Origin: Chloropicon primus
Taxonomy: Eukaryota
Assembly: GCA_023205875.1 (NCBI GenBank)
Contig: CP060756.1
Span: 1,302,001-1,366,000, forward strand
Direction of reading: 5' to 3'
Length of the DNA stretch: 64,000 bases
A program made the translations under genes and the position numbers. The notes under the pieces are model-generated. The model saw only the letters and a list, made by a program, of their open reading frames with translations. It did not search any database and was not told the origin of the DNA. Below, one piece after another: positions 61,301 to 64,000 of the stretch; position 1 is the stretch's first letter, and every line of letters starts with the position of its first letter.

Positions 61301-64000
61301 CCCATATTGCTCTTCACTCCAGACATGTGGACAGGGAAGTCCCGTTTGGTGGCCTCGGAGAGTAACACAGCAGATGCTGCACCGACCTCAATGGGGTCAC
61401 CAAGAGGAGTACCTGTACCGTGCATCTGCAAGACCTGTACATTCCAGGCATCAAGGTCTGCCGAGTGCAAGCTCATACGCATCACTTGCTGTTGAGAGGG
61501 TCCGTGCGGTGCGGTCAAAGCACTGGATCGCCCATCTTGGTTCACAGCAGTGCCACGTAGCATCACCGTATCTTGTTTGGAACCATCTTCAAGAGGACCA
61601 AGAACGCAAGCGATGCAAGCTTCAGCACGCACGTAACCGTCTGCTGATGCATCTAAGGTCTTGCAACGCCCATCAGGCGCAAGCATGCCTGCTCTCTGAA
61701 TAGAACCAAATGTGTCTCTACTGATTTGAAGGTCAACACCGCACACAAGACCCTTCGAGAGTTGACCTAGAACAAGGCCCATGTAGGACATGTGTGCTGC
61801 GACAAGAGAGGATGAACAAGCCGTATCAACAGCTGCACAAGCTCCTTGCAAACCATATGTGAAGGACAGTCGCCCTGCAGAAACACTCAAAGAACCTGAC
61901 GTAACCGCATGAACCTCAGACTTATGGCCATAACCAGCATAGATATTGCTGTACTCTATTTTTTGTGTACCCACCATCACACCCATCCTCTGTTTCTGAT
62001 GCATCCAACTCGAGGAAGAATCGGATTCCATGCTGTGCAGAGCTTCATACGATACCTCGAGAAGAAGACGTTGGTGAGGATCCATCCAACACGCCTCAGA
62101 GCGAGATACGCCAAAACATGGTATATCGAAGAGCTCTATGCCGTCAAGGAAACCACCAAAACGGATTGGCACAATGGGCGCACCATCCTTGTAATCCTCA
62201 TCAGCGTCCCAGCGCATGTGTGGAACCCTCCAAATACTGTCCCCAGCATTGGAAGTCTGGCAAAGATTGTGTTCAGGAGTGGGTAACCGTGCCGCAAGAC
62301 TCAACATATGAACACTCACAGATCCTTCAGAGACTGTCCGAATGCCTGTCGATATTGCAGCAGAAGCCAAAGGCACCTGCTTCGGACCAAGCAAGGTCTC
62401 TGCGTATTCAATGATAGCATGAACGCTTGGATAGTCAAAGATCAGCATCCCAGGCAAATCAATACCAAGGCTTTGCTCAAGAGATGAACGCAACTCCATC
62501 GCACCAAGGGAATCAAGACCTGCAGCCATCAATGGATCGTCTGGGCTCACCTCATGACCCACGACAGCATGCACAGCTTCCTTGACCTTCTGCTGTAATA
62601 CGTCCGCATCCAAAGTCATGCCGGATGCAGCGCTGGCAGATGTGTTGGACATTCTTGTGGCATCGATAGAAGAACCGTGACCATGAGATGCAGTGTCATG
62701 CATATTTGAGAATAGTGGAGGAACATGTGTCATGCGAGAGAGGAATCTATCCCACATGAAGCGCTGAACAGCAACTTGGGCGTGAGATGACCACATCGCA
62801 TTGTCCAAGCAACCACCACCACCACAAACACGACCTGCAATACTCTGCAAGGCGAACAATCCTTCATACGGAGACAACATGTAAAGACCCATCTGCTCCA
62901 TGCGCTTGGCATGCTTGACTGCCATGCCACCAGATGCCCAAGGACCCCACTGGACACTCACAGCACTCACGCCTGCATTCTGCCACATGTGAGCTTGGGC
63001 ATCCAATACAGCATTGGCTGCAGCGTAATTCGTTTGTCCAGCTGATCCAAGCAAAGCAGCAACAGAAGAGAAGAGAACTTGAGCACCCATGGCTTCCATT
63101 GCAAATGTCTTCGCCAGCTGATGCAAGCCCACAACCTTGGGAGCAAATACTTGCTTCACAGATTGTGCTGTCTGGTTGCTGAGCACAGAATCAGCAAGGA
63201 CTCCGCCAGCATGCATCACACCTTGTACGCCAAGACCTCCAAGCAAGTGACAATCTTCAGCACAGGACACATCGCAATGCAGTATTTGCACCTCCGCACC
63301 GCAACTGTGACCACACAAACCCTTGCTCATGGACTTGATGTGACCAGTGCGACCCAACATCAACACGCAATCGATTCCGTGTTGAGTGAGATGCTGTCCT
63401 GTCAGCAGTCCAAGAGCACCAGTGCCTCCCGTCACAACCCATGATCCTGCCACGGAAGACAGTGACTGAGAAGAATGAGGGAAACATGGAACCATAGCTG
63501 CAGTCTCCACCATGCTCTGATCCACATATACACACCAGCCTCCGCCATTGTGAATCTCACTTAGAGGCAAACAAGACTCATCAACCTTATTGCTTGTGTC
63601 ATGAGATCCAAAGTGCAGTGAAGTGGATTGTACGCCACTCAGAGCACAAGCTCGTAGAATGCCGTATATCATAGCATTTCCCTGGTCCCCGACAAAAGGT
63701 GCAGGAACACCACAAGAGGTGGATGTGGTTGATTTGGAAACCAACTTGAGGTCGCAAGAGCTCATTTGGTTGTATTTGTCCTGAAGGACAGCAATTGTAC
63801 TCAGGGATAATGCCACAAGGGACGCAGGGTGATCGAGCAAGCACGATTTCTGCTCAACAAAAGAGTCAGCGTCTCCTCCGCTCCATACGTGGCATGAAGA
63901 TGCACTCATGTCATCCAAGACTTGCGCAGAAGAGATCACAGGGCACACAGATTGCCATGACAACGTGTACTGCACTTGCTCGGAGAGGTCCGCGGAGCTT
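52405..64000 (-). CDS. Giant modular type I PKS, upstream part (5' end outside window): KR-ACP | KS-DH*-KR-ACP-ACP | KS-DH*-KR-ACP | KS-DH
   Basis: Same motifs; frame open to the window edge; no AT (GHSxG) domain seen. Confidence 0.95.
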   Translation of the reverse strand, partial: SSADLSEQVQYTLSWQSVCPVISSAQVLDDMSASSCHVWSGGDADSFVEQKSCLLDHPASLVALSLSTIAVLQDKYNQMSSCDLKLVSKSTTSTSCGVPAPFVGDQGNAMIYGILRACALSGVQSTSLHFGSHDTSNKVDESCLPLSEIHNGGGWCVYVDQSMVETAAMVPCFPHSSQSLSSVAGSWVVTGGTGALGLLTGQHLTQHGIDCVLMLGRTGHIKSMSKGLCGHSCGAEVQILHCDVSCAEDCHLLGGLGVQGVMHAGGVLADSVLSNQTAQSVKQVFAPKVVGLHQLAKTFAMEAMGAQVLFSSVAALLGSAGQTNYAAANAVLDAQAHMWQNAGVSAVSVQWGPWASGGMAVKHAKRMEQMGLYMLSPYEGLFALQSIAGRVCGGGGCLDNAMWSSHAQVAVQRFMWDRFLSRMTHVPPLFSNMHDTASHGHGSSIDATRMSNTSASAASGMTLDADVLQQKVKEAVHAVVGHEVSPDDPLMAAGLDSLGAMELRSSLEQSLGIDLPGMLIFDYPSVHAIIEYAETLLGPKQVPLASAAISTGIRTVSEGSVSVHMLSLAARLPTPEHNLCQTSNAGDSIWRVPHMRWDADEDYKDGAPIVPIRFGGFLDGIELFDIPCFGVSRSEACWMDPHQRLLLEVSYEALHSMESDSSSSWMHQKQRMGVMVGTQKIEYSNIYAGYGHKSEVHAVTSGSLSVSAGRLSFTYGLQGACAAVDTACSSSLVAAHMSYMGLVLGQLSKGLVCGVDLQISRDTFGSIQRAGMLAPDGRCKTLDASADGYVRAEACIACVLGPLEDGSKQDTVMLRGTAVNQDGRSSALTAPHGPSQQQVMRMSLHSADLDAWNVQVLQMHGTGTPLGDPIEVGAASAVLLSEATKRDFPVHMSGVKSNMGHSEAAAGMAGMVQLAGNLMHKSASAISHLRHLNHHILSMVGGAVDLSRQSSSLACGDVCIGEVGAFAFQGTNAHALLSHCSGSVGNIDTVSRPGLVMLWQRERCWYVCKLPKLLSRVAFAQGGDISLEGMLNRVQHAFIWQHLFNGRPIAGMGSLIEMCAGTIDVLRSGGKNEKTDSYVMRNLTMPAPIVLDDSTSQTVNVLVQRKNEISVVCGGSSQSKTCLAGTTQWAPSTNHHSEDDVQKHMRVFDTDLSNASPSATYLGYMLPNINEMVSSEDGYVVNPVHLAMCLGLGEWSHLSGLACGADAMRMGTSSYSSAGDWLCLANRGKSSRTEMSRFGAVELNGTLHRKDLSVPLSRMRSSADLSEQVQYTLSWQSVCPVISSAQVLDDMSASSCHVWSGGDADSFVEQKSCLLDHPASLVALSLSTIAVLQDKYNQMSSCDLKLVSKSTTSTSCGVPAPFVGDQGNAMIYGILRACALSGVQSTSLHFGSHDTSNKVDESCLPLSEIHNGGGWCVYVDQSMVETAAMVPCFPHSSQSLSSVAGSWVVTGGTGALGLLTGQHLTQHGIDCVLMLGRTGHIKSMSKGLCGHSCGAEVQILHCDVSCAEDCHLLGGLGVQGVMHAGGVLADSVLSNQTAQSVKQVFAPKVVGLHQLAKTFAMEAMGAQVLFSSVAALLGSAGQTNYAAANAVLDAQAHMWQNAGVSAVSVQWGPWASGGMAVKHAKRMEQMGLYMLSPYEGLFALESIAGRVCGGGGCLDNAMWSSHAQVAVQRFMWDRFLSRMTHVPPLFSNMHDTASHGHGSSIDATRMSNTSASAASGMTLDADVLQQKVKDAVHAVVGHEVSPDDPLMAAGLDSLGAMELRSSLEQSLGIDLPGMLIFDYPSVHAIIEYAESFIEPRQSSGTSGMDADVLQQKVKDAVHAVVGHDTNPDEPLMAAGLDSLGAMELRSSLEQSLGIDLPGMLIFDYPSVHAIIEYAETLLGPKQVPLASAAISTGIRTVSEGSVSVHMLSLAARLPTPEHNLCQTSNAGDSIWRVPHMRWDADEDYKDGAPIVPIRFGGFLDGIELFDIPCFGVSRSEACWMDPHQRLLLEVSYEALHSMESDSSSSWMHQKQRMGVMVGTQHVEYSNIYAGYGHKSEVHAVTSGSLGVSAGRLSFTYGLQGACAAVDTACSSSLVAAHMSYMGLVLGQLSKGLVCGAEIHMYRNTFFSIQIAGMLAPDGRCKTLDASADGYVRAEACIACVLGPLEDGSKQDTVMLRGTAVNQDGRSSALTAPHGPSQQQVMRMSLHSADLDAWNVQVLQMHGTGTPLGDPIEVGAASAVLLSEATKRDFPVHMSGVKSNMGHSEAAAGMAGMVQLAGNLMHKSASAISHLRHLNHHILSMLGSGSDKNNSLAVDLSRQSSSLACGDASVGGVSGFAFQGTNAHALLSHCSGSVGNIDTVSRPGLVMLWQRERCWYVCKLPKLLSRVAFAQGGDISLEGMLNRVQHAFIWQHLFNGRPIAGMGSLIEMCAGTIDVLRSGGKNEKTDSYVMRNLTMPAPIVLDDSTSQTVNVLVQRKNEISVVCGGSSQSKTCLAGTTQWAPSTNHHSEDDVQKHTRVFDTDLSNASPSATYLGYMLPNINEMVSSEDGYVVNPVHLAMCLGLGEWSHLSGLACGADAMRMGTSSYSSAGDWLCLANRGKSSRTEMSRFGAVELNGTLHRKDLSVPLSRMRSSADLSEQVQYTLSWQSVCPVISSAQVLDDMSASSCHVWSGGDADSFVEQKSCLLDHPASLVALSLSTIAVLQDKYNQMSSCDLKLVSKSTTSTSCGVPAPFVGDQGNAMIYGILRACALSGVQSTSLHFGSHDTSNKVDESCLPLSEIHNGGGWCVYVDQSMVETAAMVPCFPHSSQSLSSVAGSWVVTGGTGALGLLTGQHLTQHGIDCVLMLGRTGHIKSMSKGLCGHSCGAEVQILHCDVSCAEDCHLLGGLGVQGVMHAGGVLADSVLSNQTAQSVKQVFAPKVVGLHQLAKTFAMEAMGAQVLFSSVAALLGSAGQTNYAAANAVLDAQAHMWQNAGVSAVSVQWGPWASGGMAVKHAKRMEQMGLYMLSPYEGLFALQSIADRVCGGGGCLDNAMWSSHAQVAVQRFMWDRFLSRMTHVPPLFSNMHDTASHGHGSSIDATRMSNTSASAASGMTLDADVLQQKVKDAVHAVVGHEVSPDDPLMAAGLDSLGAMELRSSLEQSLGIDLPGMLIFDYPSVHAIIEYAETLLGPKQVPLASAAISTGIRTVSEGSVSVHMLSLAARLPTPEHNLCQTSNAGDSIWRVPHMRWDADEDYKDGAPIVPIRFGGFLDGIELFDIPCFGVSRSEACWMDPHQRLLLEVSYEALHSMESDSSSSWMHQKQRMGVMVGTQHVEYSNIYAGYGHKSEVHAVTSGSLSVSAGRLSFTYGLQGACAAVDTACSSSLVAAHMSYMGLVLGQLSKGLVCGVDLQISRDTFGSIQRAGMLAPDGRCKTLDASADGYVRAEACIACVLGPLEDGSKQDTVMLRGTAVNQDGRSSALTAPHGPSQQQVMRMSLHSADLDAWNVQVLQMHGTGTPLGDPIEVGAASAVLLSEATKRDFPVHMSGVKSNMGHSEAAAGMAGMVQLAGNLMHKSASAISHLRHLNHHILSMLGSGSDKNNSLAVDLSRQSSSLACGDASVGGVSGFAFQGTNAHALLSHCSGSVGNIDTVSRPGLVMLWQRERCWYTVDFDLMVSCAPARVLPNSCIFTCKMYHPAMAYLWDHVISGQALLPGAAFMELGYSSIASALRDSGLACEYSMCDSVIASPLSLEDLGENMVNSLYCTAELQLDTGGLTISSENTGRSQKRLHVHGKVQMQQAKDKRVNGDIERTGFSREVVRSKSRTLVNGAYLYPFFAAHGLQYGPSFALLSSVWLGSNEVHQPQFDIAVGNVENVLPTEDRGFKLCPAVLDASLQVGAAEECAP

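Noticed and set aside
41227..63844. Many small ORFs recurring identically within the PKS
   Set aside because: By-products of module duplication in alternative frames; useful only as repeat markers.

Overview
Gene-dense eukaryotic DNA with short GT-AG introns, CT/GA microsatellites and plastid-targeted genes (LQY1, DUF493). I infer a compact picoplanktonic green-algal nuclear genome (Chloropicon-like; not provable from this window). Bases 1-36.9 kb hold about 20 mostly housekeeping genes: RNase HII, UCP, threonine aldolase, SWC4, katanin p80, Mpv17, kanadaptin-like, LQY1, SDA1, RRN3, a tyrosinase and a VPS13-like protein. An accessory island at 17.7-22.1 kb carries a tandem duplication of a small secreted-protein gene and an intact Fanzor2/IS607-TnpB-type RNA-guided nuclease gene (19802-21976, minus). 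The nuclease is followed by a structured omegaRNA-like region and an intron-like segment. Its long N-terminus appears to be overprinted on a decayed IS607 TnpA serine-recombinase frame. From 36.9 kb to beyond the window end is one intronless, AT-less modular type I PKS (6 KS, 6 KR, 8 ACP, 2 ER visible). It is built from near-identical duplicated modules, has one 1-bp frameshift, and ends in an HxxxD (BAHD/condensation-like) acyltransferase domain. All calls come from motif recognition by eye; no database searches were run.
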